A stretch of DNA of 13,443 nucleotides. It comes from Candidatus Hydrogenedentota bacterium. Lineage in GTDB: Bacteria; Hydrogenedentota; Hydrogenedentia; Hydrogenedentales; SLHB01. The DNA lies in assembly GCA_029974275.1 (NCBI GenBank), contig JARKSN010000342.1, positions 1-13,443 on the forward strand, written 5' to 3'. This document shows, in pieces, positions 6,341-13,443 of this stretch. The position numbers were made by a program, and so were the translations under genes. The notes under the pieces were generated by a model that saw only the letters and a list, made by a program, of their open reading frames with translations, ran no database searches and was not told the DNA's origin. The first letter of the stretch is position 1; each line of letters starts with the position of its first letter.

Positions 6341-8356
6341 CTACGTCCCCGGCCGCGCGGAGGCCGCGTCGCGGTTTTTTTGCAGCAACGCCTTGGCGGC
6401 TTCCATTTGCCGATGGGCCCCGACGAGGACAAGAACATCGTTCGCGGCGAGCTGGAAATCCGGTCCGGGGTTTGCCGTAGGGCGGCCCGAACGGACGACG
6501 GCGATGATCATGCAACCGGTGAGCGCGCGCAGATTGAGCTCGGCCAAGGTCAACCCGCACGCAAAACTCTCCTCGTCGAGATAAAACGTCTGCGTGGCCG
6601 TCCGTTCGAGGATTTTGATGAGCTCGGCGTGCGCGGCGCGGTCGGACGGCTTGCCGCGCAACATGCCATAGCCCCCTGCCCGCACGGACGCGATCTGGGC
6701 GTTGACAATATTGTCGGGAATGCCGAATTGCTTGAGCACATGGGCGGCGATTTCGATCGACGTTTCAAAATCCTGCGGGATGACCAGCTTGGCTCCGACC
6801 TTGTAGAGCGCATCGATGCCGCTGACGTAGTTGGTGCGGGCCAGAAGATACAAATCGGGGCGTTGGGCCGTCATTTGCGCGACAATGCGCTCCGTCGCCG
6901 CATCGTCATTGATCGCGACCACCGCGGCGCAGGCATTCTCGAGGCCGGCATGCGCGAGAATGGCGGTGCGCGTCGCGTCGCCCACCACGACCGGCGTCCC
7001 CGCGCGTCGGGCGGCGTCCACAAGCCCCCGGTTCATCTCGATGACGCAAAAAGGAACCCGCGTCGCCTTGAGCATGCGCGCAAGATTGGCGCCGGTGAAG
7101 CCATATCCGACGACGATTACGTGATTTTCAAAACGAGACGGCCCGTTGTCTTCCTGGACCGGATACGCCGCTTGGCGCCGGCCGTTCAGGCGATCGGACA
7201 AGGCGGCGGCAAACGGCTGGGCCGCCGGGATCACCAACGCGCCCGCCGCCATCGTGCCGACCGCGTAGGCCACCATGAAATCGAGCGTGTCCTCGGGCAA
7301 AATGCCGACCTTTGCCGCTTCGCGCACGAGCACATAGCTGAATTCGCTCACGGTGCAAAGGCCAATGCCCGCTTGGAGACCTATCCGGACGGGCCATCCC
7401 GCCGCGCAAACGGCCCCGCCCGTCAGGAAGGACTTGATCGCCAAAGTGGCCATCACGGCCGCGCACAACGGCAACGCGAAATGAAACATGGCGCCAATAT
7501 CAACCATCATGCCCAGCGCAATGAAAAACATCGCGTTGAACACGTCGCGAAACGGCGTGATCTCGGCCACAAGCTGATGGCGCTGGTCCACGCCCGCCAG
7601 CAGCAGTCCCGCAATGCACGCACCCAAGGCAGGCGACCATCCCGCCCTGCTCGCGGCCCATGCTCCCCCGCACGCCAGCAACACCGCGAACAACGTGGTG
7701 AGTTCCCTGCCGCCTCGAAGCGACACCTGGTCCAACACCTTGGGAAGCGCCCACCGCGCCGCCACCGTCAACCCGGCCAACCCGGCCAAGTTCAGAACCA
7801 TCCGGACAATCGAAGCCGGCAAGGTCTGCGCGGACGCGAACGACGACGTCATCGACAACGCCAACAGTACGACAATGACCAGCACGTCCTGCAACAACAA
7901 AATGCCGGTCGAAATACGGCCCGCCGTCGAATCCGTCTCCCCCCGGTCGCTAAGCTGCTTGAGGGTGATGGCCGTGCTGCTGAAAGCCACAGCGAACCCT
8001 ATCACCAGGGAAACCTTCCACGAGACGTCCCCCACGCCCCACATCGCCAACGCCGTAACCGCGACCGTCGACCCGACCTGAAGCGCCGTGGCGGCCAGCA
8101 ATCGCCAGCCCGAGCGCACGAGCGGCGCCGGCGATAACTCCAGCCCGACCGTGAACAAAAGCAGCACCAGGCCCACTTCGGCGAATTCGTTGACCGATTC
8201 TTCCGATACGAACTGCCACCCCGACGGCCCGATGGCCAGACCCGTCAACAGAAAACCGAGAATGGACGGCGCGCCCAGCATGCGAAACAGCCACGCCACC
8301 GCAACGGCCATGCCAAACACAACGACCATATCATTCAAAAAAGGGGATTCCGCCAT
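6341..8356 (-). CDS. CPA2-family (Kef-like) monovalent cation:proton antiporter with TrkA_N (KTN/RCK) and TrkA_C domains, 671 aa
   Basis: ATG 8356 with AGGA upstream. About 12-13 hydrophobic segments with PSILGFLLTGLAIGPSG, LLLFTVGLELS, AFSSTAI, GILLLQD, ITPFRDVFNAMFFIALGM, SEFSYVL. TrkA_N: HVIVVGYGFTG, VVGDAT. TrkA_C: GLTLAELNLRALTGCMIIAVVRSG...NPGPDFQLAANDVLVLVG. Confidence 0.95.
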   Translation of the reverse strand: MAESPFLNDMVVVFGMAVAVAWLFRMLGAPSILGFLLTGLAIGPSGWQFVSEESVNEFAEVGLVLLLFTVGLELSPAPLVRSGWRLLAATALQVGSTVAVTALAMWGVGDVSWKVSLVIGFAVAFSSTAITLKQLSDRGETDSTAGRISTGILLLQDVLVIVVLLALSMTSSFASAQTLPASIVRMVLNLAGLAGLTVAARWALPKVLDQVSLRGGRELTTLFAVLLACGGAWAASRAGWSPALGACIAGLLLAGVDQRHQLVAEITPFRDVFNAMFFIALGMMVDIGAMFHFALPLCAAVMATLAIKSFLTGGAVCAAGWPVRIGLQAGIGLCTVSEFSYVLVREAAKVGILPEDTLDFMVAYAVGTMAAGALVIPAAQPFAAALSDRLNGRRQAAYPVQEDNGPSRFENHVIVVGYGFTGANLARMLKATRVPFCVIEMNRGLVDAARRAGTPVVVGDATRTAILAHAGLENACAAVVAINDDAATERIVAQMTAQRPDLYLLARTNYVSGIDALYKVGAKLVIPQDFETSIEIAAHVLKQFGIPDNIVNAQIASVRAGGYGMLRGKPSDRAAHAELIKILERTATQTFYLDEESFACGLTLAELNLRALTGCMIIAVVRSGRPTANPGPDFQLAANDVLVLVGAHRQMEAAKALLQKNRDAASARPGT

Positions 8357-8386
8357 ACATCGCTTCCTATCCCGGGTTCGGGCCTC

Positions 8387-8416
8387 ATCATGGCATGCGC
8401 CTCTTCGCGCGCGCAA
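8387..8416 (-). promoter_or_regulatory. Candidate promoter for the antiporter gene
   Basis: Minus strand reads TTGCGC-N18-CATGAT with an extended TG (TGC-CATGAT), 30 nt upstream of ATG 8356. Confidence 0.3.
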
Positions 8417-8498
8417 CCTCCCTGCCCGATCGCGCTGCAACGAAAAACGACGAACGCGCCAAGCCGTCCGGAAACGCCATGCGTTGTCCCGTGTGCGG

Positions 8499-8528
8499 TT
8501 GCTATTCCGGCCTCTCGTTGAATATCAT
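8499..8528 (+). promoter_or_regulatory. Candidate promoter for the DUF4091/GH123-like gene
   Basis: TTGCTA (8499-8504)-N18-TATCAT (8523-8528), about 97 nt upstream of ATG 8626. Confidence 0.4.
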
Positions 8529-8548
8529 CGCCTTGGTCTATACGAAAT

Positions 8549-8610
8549 CAGGCGTTCTTTCCGGGCGCCTCTCATAACGCCTGTATTACCGTTCGTTTCC
8601 CAAACGAGCG
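8549..8610 (+). repeat. Two tandem inverted repeats in the putative 5' leader
   Basis: CAGGCGTT (8549-8556)-N19-AACGCCTG (8576-8583) has perfect 8-bp arms. CGTTCGTTT-CCC-AAACGAGCG (8590-8610) is a 9-bp stem with one G-U pair and ends 2 nt before the SD. Confidence 0.6.
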
Positions 8611-8625
8611 CCAGGAGGATCGCCG

Positions 8626-11600
8626 ATGAAACCGATCGCGTCGTTCTGTGTCATGTTGACCCTCGTTTGCTGGACGGCGGCGGCGCACGATGCCCTCGTT
8701 CCAAACGGAACCTTTCAGGAGGGCGGACCAGGCGCGGTCGCCGGGTGGACGCTCTCAGGCGGTCAAGGATCGGTTGACGAACAAGGCGTTCGCGACGGCG
8801 CGCGGGCGCTGGTTGTCCATGGAGAAGGAGAAGACAGCAATTATTGGCGCAGCGCTCCCCTGCCGCTCGAGCCGATGACCTTATATGCCCTGCGGTTCTC
8901 GGCGCGCCGACTGGAACAGGGGATCGGTCCGGCCATCACGGGGCCCGCGTATTGCAACGTCGACTACGTCGACATCCGATCCCCTTGGAAATCCCGCACC
9001 AACCGTTTCCTGACGCCAGCCACGCTGAACGATGACAAGGCGTGGATACGTTTCGGCCAATGGCGCGCCAGCGGCTCCCTCGCCTTCAGCGATGTGCGAC
9101 TCGATAGGATTCTTCCTCTATACGCCGATGTAAACGGCCTTGCGCTCGGCGACGGCGAACGCATCGAAGGAAATCAGTACTATTGCAACCTTCCCTTGCG
9201 CCAAACCATGTCCAATCACAGCCGATCCGTTTTCTTGCTGGACTGTTCGTTCAATACCCTGCGCTACGTATTCGGCAAGGGCGACCAACTAGTGCTCCGG
9301 CACCATTTAGGGGGGCGGCGCCTTCTATCGGCCACACTGTCGCTTGCCCTCACCTATCATGTGCGAGGCGAACTCGAAGTCGATGTCAGCGCGGACGGCG
9401 AGCATTGGCAACCGCTGGGAAAATTCGCCTCGCGCCAAACAGACCCGATGACAATTCCAGACGCGCTGCTGCCGGCGGAAACGGTGTGGGTGCGCCTGCG
9501 CGACGAAACCGGCGAACCCCTCGTCCACGACTCGGACATCGGATCTTTCGGGGTGGAAGGATATTTCTTCCAGGCCCGCGTGGACGGCCCCCCCGTTCAC
9601 GCCGCAGGAAGCACGAGCTACATGCAGATCACGCACGCCGACCCCAACCTCGAAGTGCTTCCGAAATCCATGCGCCTGCGTCCAGGCGAAGCCGGAACGC
9701 TTACCTTCATCGTGAACAACAAAACAGGGAAACCCCTGACGAGCACCGCCTCAATCGTGGAATTCACCCAAGACAAACGCGAAAAACGCGCCGCCAAACA
9801 ACGCATCCGGTTGGAGCCGGGCGCTCATCCCCTGACCTTGTCCCACCGACTGCAAACCGTCGGGTCGAAACGCCTCGACATTAAATTGGGACCGGTATTT
9901 CAATCTTCCTGCGAGATACAGATTTCGGAAATATTCAACGCCTCCTACGGCGAACGCCTCTCCCGAACAGACGCCCCCGTCGGCCTGTGGTGGGCTGAAT
10001 CAGGGTGGAAAATTTCCCCGACGCGCGTCATGCCGAACCGCGCCGGCAGGGCCATGCGCATCGCCTTGGCGCAGAACGAAGTCGAGGCGGCCCAACTCGT
10101 CATAAAGCCTCAATCCACCCTAACCGGTGTGCGGGTTGCCTGCGGCCCGTTGATCGGTCCCGACAAGAAGCGTCTTCCGGACGGTTCCGTCGAAGCGTTG
10201 CGCGTGGGATACGTGAACATCGTATTCCCTACGGACTATACCTCCGCCCCTGGACCGTGGCCAGACCCGCTGTTGCCCCTCGATAAACCTTTTGATATCG
10301 CGGCAGGCGAAAACCAGCCCTTGTGGATTCGCGTCAAGACGCCGCCGGATGCCGCGCCCGGCGAGTACGCCAGCGACATCACGTTGACGGCGGACGGGGG
10401 CTACGCCGTTCGCGTGCCCTTGCGCGTTTGCGTGCACGGATTCGCGCTTCCCGATCGAATGACCTGCGCCGCCGCCTTTGGATTCAACGCCAACGGACCG
10501 TTCCGATACCAAAAATGCGAGACCCTGGAACAAAAACGTCTCGTTTTGGACAAATATCTGCGCTGTTTGGCGGATCACCACCTCTCGCCCTATGACCCCG
10601 CCCCCCTCGATCCCTTCGTTGTGAAGTGGCCGGATATTCCCGAAGGCGCCACGCCCGATCCAAGCGCCCTCTCCGTGGATATCGATTGGAGCGACTGGGA
10701 CAAAGCGATGGAGAAAGCGTTCCACGAATACCGCTTCTCCTTCTACCGAATCCCGGCCCAGGGCATGGCCAAAAAACGTTCCGACGGCAGGCTCGAACAA
10801 CCCTCGCTGCTTGGATTTGGGGAGGAATCGCCGGTCTATCAGACGCTCTTCGAGCAATACTGGCGAAACGTCCAAGAACACCTGCGCGAAAAAGGATGGC
10901 TATCCTATGGTTACGTGTATTGGTTCGACGAACCGGAATCGAGCCACTACCCGCTTGTGAAAAAAGGGTTCGAACGCCTCAACCAAGCCGCGCCCGACCT
11001 TATCGGCATGCTCACCGAACAACCCGAGCCCGAACTCTTCGGCGGCCCCAAGTTGTGGTGTCCCATTTCCCATGCCTACGAGCAGGAAATAGCCGATAGA
11101 CGCCGGGAGGCGGGCGACCGCTTCTGGTGGTATGTCTGCACCGGGCCCAAGGCCCCCTATGCCACGATCTTCATCGATCACCCAGGATCGGAACTGCGCG
11201 TTTGGCTATGGCAGACGTGGCAACGCAACATCGAGGGGGTTCTGGTATGGCAGACCACTCAGTGGACCAGCCCCTTGATCTACCCCGATCCGGAACGGCC
11301 GCAAAACCCGTACGAAGACCCCATGACGTGGGTGAGTTCGGGAGCCGCTCCCGGGCAGCTGGCATACCACGGCAACGGCGATGGGCGCCTGATATATCCG
11401 CCCCTGGCGGCGGTCGACGGCTCCACGACAGGCCCTGTGCTCGAAGGCCCCGTCGAATCATTCCGCCTCGAAATGCTGCGCGACGGCATCGAGGACTATG
11501 AATACCTTGTGATTCTGAAGCGCCTTCTCGAGGAAAAACGTGCAGCGCTCTCGCCGAAACAGGCGCGAGCGTACGAGAAATTGCTCCACGTTCCCGCAGC

Positions 11601-11706
11601 GATCACAACGTCGGCCACGGAGTTCACGATTTCGCCCGCGCCGATCGAGGAGCGCCGCAACGCCATCGCGCACGCCATCGAAGCGCTGTCGCGCGAAACG
11701 CCGTGA
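8626..11706 (+). CDS. Secreted multidomain DUF4091 / GH123-like glycoside hydrolase (putative beta-N-acetylhexosaminidase/galactosaminidase), 1026 aa
   Basis: AGGAGG SD at 8613-8618. Signal peptide MKPIASFCVMLTLVCWTAAA. CBM4/9-like start (LVPNGTFQEG...GW). GH123 N-domain-like motifs LAQNEVEAAQLVI, WPDPLLP, GENQPLWIRV..P.DAAPGEY. Catalytic-type WFDEP (D768-E769), WWYVC, GDGRLIYP, and DUF4091 signature SFRLEMLRDGIEDYEYL. Confidence 0.85.
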   Translation: MKPIASFCVMLTLVCWTAAAHDALVPNGTFQEGGPGAVAGWTLSGGQGSVDEQGVRDGARALVVHGEGEDSNYWRSAPLPLEPMTLYALRFSARRLEQGIGPAITGPAYCNVDYVDIRSPWKSRTNRFLTPATLNDDKAWIRFGQWRASGSLAFSDVRLDRILPLYADVNGLALGDGERIEGNQYYCNLPLRQTMSNHSRSVFLLDCSFNTLRYVFGKGDQLVLRHHLGGRRLLSATLSLALTYHVRGELEVDVSADGEHWQPLGKFASRQTDPMTIPDALLPAETVWVRLRDETGEPLVHDSDIGSFGVEGYFFQARVDGPPVHAAGSTSYMQITHADPNLEVLPKSMRLRPGEAGTLTFIVNNKTGKPLTSTASIVEFTQDKREKRAAKQRIRLEPGAHPLTLSHRLQTVGSKRLDIKLGPVFQSSCEIQISEIFNASYGERLSRTDAPVGLWWAESGWKISPTRVMPNRAGRAMRIALAQNEVEAAQLVIKPQSTLTGVRVACGPLIGPDKKRLPDGSVEALRVGYVNIVFPTDYTSAPGPWPDPLLPLDKPFDIAAGENQPLWIRVKTPPDAAPGEYASDITLTADGGYAVRVPLRVCVHGFALPDRMTCAAAFGFNANGPFRYQKCETLEQKRLVLDKYLRCLADHHLSPYDPAPLDPFVVKWPDIPEGATPDPSALSVDIDWSDWDKAMEKAFHEYRFSFYRIPAQGMAKKRSDGRLEQPSLLGFGEESPVYQTLFEQYWRNVQEHLREKGWLSYGYVYWFDEPESSHYPLVKKGFERLNQAAPDLIGMLTEQPEPELFGGPKLWCPISHAYEQEIADRRREAGDRFWWYVCTGPKAPYATIFIDHPGSELRVWLWQTWQRNIEGVLVWQTTQWTSPLIYPDPERPQNPYEDPMTWVSSGAAPGQLAYHGNGDGRLIYPPLAAVDGSTTGPVLEGPVESFRLEMLRDGIEDYEYLVILKRLLEEKRAALSPKQARAYEKLLHVPAAITTSATEFTISPAPIEERRNAIAHAIEALSRETP

Positions 11707-11745
11707 GCGAACCGGCCGCGCCGGAACCCATCGGCAAGGGGCGCC

Positions 11746-13272
11746 CTACGGGCAGTTCTTGGCGACGTCCGCAAATAAGGACGCGACCACCCCTTTTTTG
11801 ATTTTTCCCGTTGCGGTCTTGGGCAATCCGTCCACAAAACGGACGAATTGGGGGCATTTGTACGCTGCCAAGTGGGTGCGGCAATAGTCGATGACTTGGC
11901 GGGCGACAAGACTGTACCCTTCGACGCATTTTATGACGGCCAGGACTTCCTGTCCCCAACGGGATTCTTCCACGCCGACAACGCAGCATTCCTCGACGCC
12001 GGGGATGCGCGCAATGACATTTTCGACTTGTTGCGGGTAAATGTTCTGGCCGCCGCGGATGATCATGTCCTTGACCCGGCCCGCAATGTACAGGTAGCCA
12101 TCCTGGTCGAAACGCCCCAAGTCGCCCGTCCGCAGCCAACCATCCTTGAGCACTTCCGCCGTGGCCTGCGGCTGCTTGTAGTAGCCTTTCATGACATGCG
12201 GCCCGGCCGTCCAAATTTCGCCCACGGAACCGTAGGGCACGTCATGACCGTCCTCGCCCACGATCCGGATGGAGGTGTAGCGCAACGGCGGGCCGACGGA
12301 ATTCCACTTGATCGGGTCGCGATAATCCGCAATGGCGCTGACGCACGTGGCCTCGCTCAGGCCGTACCCCATGATGAGCGGTTTCTTGAGCACCCGCACG
12401 ACTTCGCTGTAGGTCTCCTCGGTCATGGGGGCCGCGCCGGTCACGAAAAAACGGATGCTGCTGATGTCGTACTCGGCGGCCTTGGGCATGCGCGCCATGA
12501 CGTTGTAAATGGTCGGCACGGCGCTCAGGATCGTGATCCGGTGCGCCTCGATCAGCGGCAATATCTGAAACGGCGTGAATTTTTTCATCACGACGACGTC
12601 CGTTCCCAGAAGCAACGGGCACAAGACGCCCGACAACTGCGCGTTCACGTGGAAAAGCGGCAACACGCACAAAAAACGGTCTGATTCGTCCATGCCGGAA
12701 CCGTGAACCGCCATGCGCGCATTGGCGAGGTAGTTGCCATGCGTCAGGATGACTCCCTTCGGAAGCCCCGTCGTTCCAGACGTATAAATCAGCGCGGCCT
12801 CATCGTCGGGCACGGCGGCTATGGGCGGAAACGCCGCTGTCGGCTCTAGCAACGCCGAGAAGGGCGCGGATCCTTCCACCGCCTCGCCAATCGCATACAC
12901 CCGCTTCAGCCCCGGCAACTGCCGCCGCACCTCGGGCAGCATCGGCGCAAACACCGACGCCGTGATCAAGGTTTCGGCATCGCTGTCTCCCGCGATGTAG
13001 GCGACTTCGTCGGGCTTGAGCGTCGGATTGATGGGCACAACAACCGCTCCCAATCGGCCCAACCCTAGAAACAGGTAAATGAATTCGACGCAGTTGCCCA
13101 TGAGCAGGACGATCTTGTCGCCCTTCTGAACGCCGCTCGCCGCGAGGTTTGCGGCAATCCGCCCTGCTCGCTCGTGAACTTCCCGGTAGCTGAGCGTTTC
13201 GTCCTCGCACCGGACGAACGTCTTGTCCCCTAACTCGATGGCGCGATTCTCGAATAGTTCCGTGATGGTCAT
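11746..13272 (-). CDS. Acyl-CoA synthetase / long-chain-fatty-acid--CoA ligase-like (class I adenylate-forming enzyme), 508 aa
   Basis: ATG 13272 with AAAGGAG SD (13281-13287). ANL motifs: YTSGTTGLPKG (P-loop), LPLFHVNA, GYGLSE, GWLRTGDLG, GRVKDMIIRGGQNIYP, LPKTATGKI. Substrate cannot be assigned. Confidence 0.95.
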   Translation of the reverse strand: MTITELFENRAIELGDKTFVRCEDETLSYREVHERAGRIAANLAASGVQKGDKIVLLMGNCVEFIYLFLGLGRLGAVVVPINPTLKPDEVAYIAGDSDAETLITASVFAPMLPEVRRQLPGLKRVYAIGEAVEGSAPFSALLEPTAAFPPIAAVPDDEAALIYTSGTTGLPKGVILTHGNYLANARMAVHGSGMDESDRFLCVLPLFHVNAQLSGVLCPLLLGTDVVVMKKFTPFQILPLIEAHRITILSAVPTIYNVMARMPKAAEYDISSIRFFVTGAAPMTEETYSEVVRVLKKPLIMGYGLSEATCVSAIADYRDPIKWNSVGPPLRYTSIRIVGEDGHDVPYGSVGEIWTAGPHVMKGYYKQPQATAEVLKDGWLRTGDLGRFDQDGYLYIAGRVKDMIIRGGQNIYPQQVENVIARIPGVEECCVVGVEESRWGQEVLAVIKCVEGYSLVARQVIDYCRTHLAAYKCPQFVRFVDGLPKTATGKIKKGVVASLFADVAKNCP

Positions 13273-13443
13273 TGGCGTTTCTCCTTTACTTCCACTGCCG
13301 CTGGCCCATTCGCGTTGTGACGGCTGCCTGCCATGCTGCACGATAGCTTCTAGGTATTTTGGGTAATGCCAAGGCGCCCATCCCCGAATGGAGCGGCGCG
13401 CCTCGTTTCATCCGCCCCGTGCAACCCGGGGCCCCTCTAGTAT

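Noticed and set aside
3466..8137. Long plus-strand ORFs 3466..4962, 5200..6480 and 6182..8137 (498, 426, 651 aa)
   Set aside because: Antisense shadows of mutS and the antiporter; R/H/G/A-rich, with no motifs.
11712..11724. Hairpin as a rho-independent terminator
   Set aside because: Only a 5-bp stem and no poly-U tail on either strand.
13340..13373. AT-richer patch with TTGGCA (minus) upstream of the ligase as a sigma70 or sigma54 promoter
   Set aside because: No -10 hexamer at 16-18 bp and no TTGC at the sigma54 -12 position. It is probably promoter DNA but cannot be called.
1..13443. CRISPR array, tRNA/rRNA, IS/integrase, prophage or defence genes
   Set aside because: No spaced direct repeats, cloverleaf or transposase/recombinase/nuclease motifs seen; all intergenic gaps are under 270 bp.

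Overview
GC-rich bacterial chromosomal window (roughly 60-65% GC by eye, taxonomy not assignable) with seven intact protein genes and no visible RNA genes, CRISPR array, mobile element or pseudogene. Minus strand, in transcription order: a CPA2/Kef-type cation:proton antiporter with TrkA_N and TrkA_C domains, mutS, a PHP-family metallophosphoesterase, a family 4 glycoside hydrolase (GH4) overlapping the PHP stop codon, and a signal-peptide-bearing HEAT-repeat protein. Divergent on the plus strand is a 1026-aa secreted DUF4091/GH123-like glycoside hydrolase, followed convergently by an acyl-CoA synthetase. The region looks like core or metabolic genome. The best leads are subtle. (1) The GH4 keeps its metal ligands but appears to lack both the catalytic Tyr motif and the NAD-selecting Asp, and it is coupled to a PHP phosphoesterase rather than a PTS. 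(2) A LacI-type palindrome sits next to that unit's putative -35. (3) A possible leaderless 34-codon ORF starts at the predicted mutS transcription start and overlaps the mutS ATG as ATGA. All family assignments come from motif recognition by eye, not database searches.
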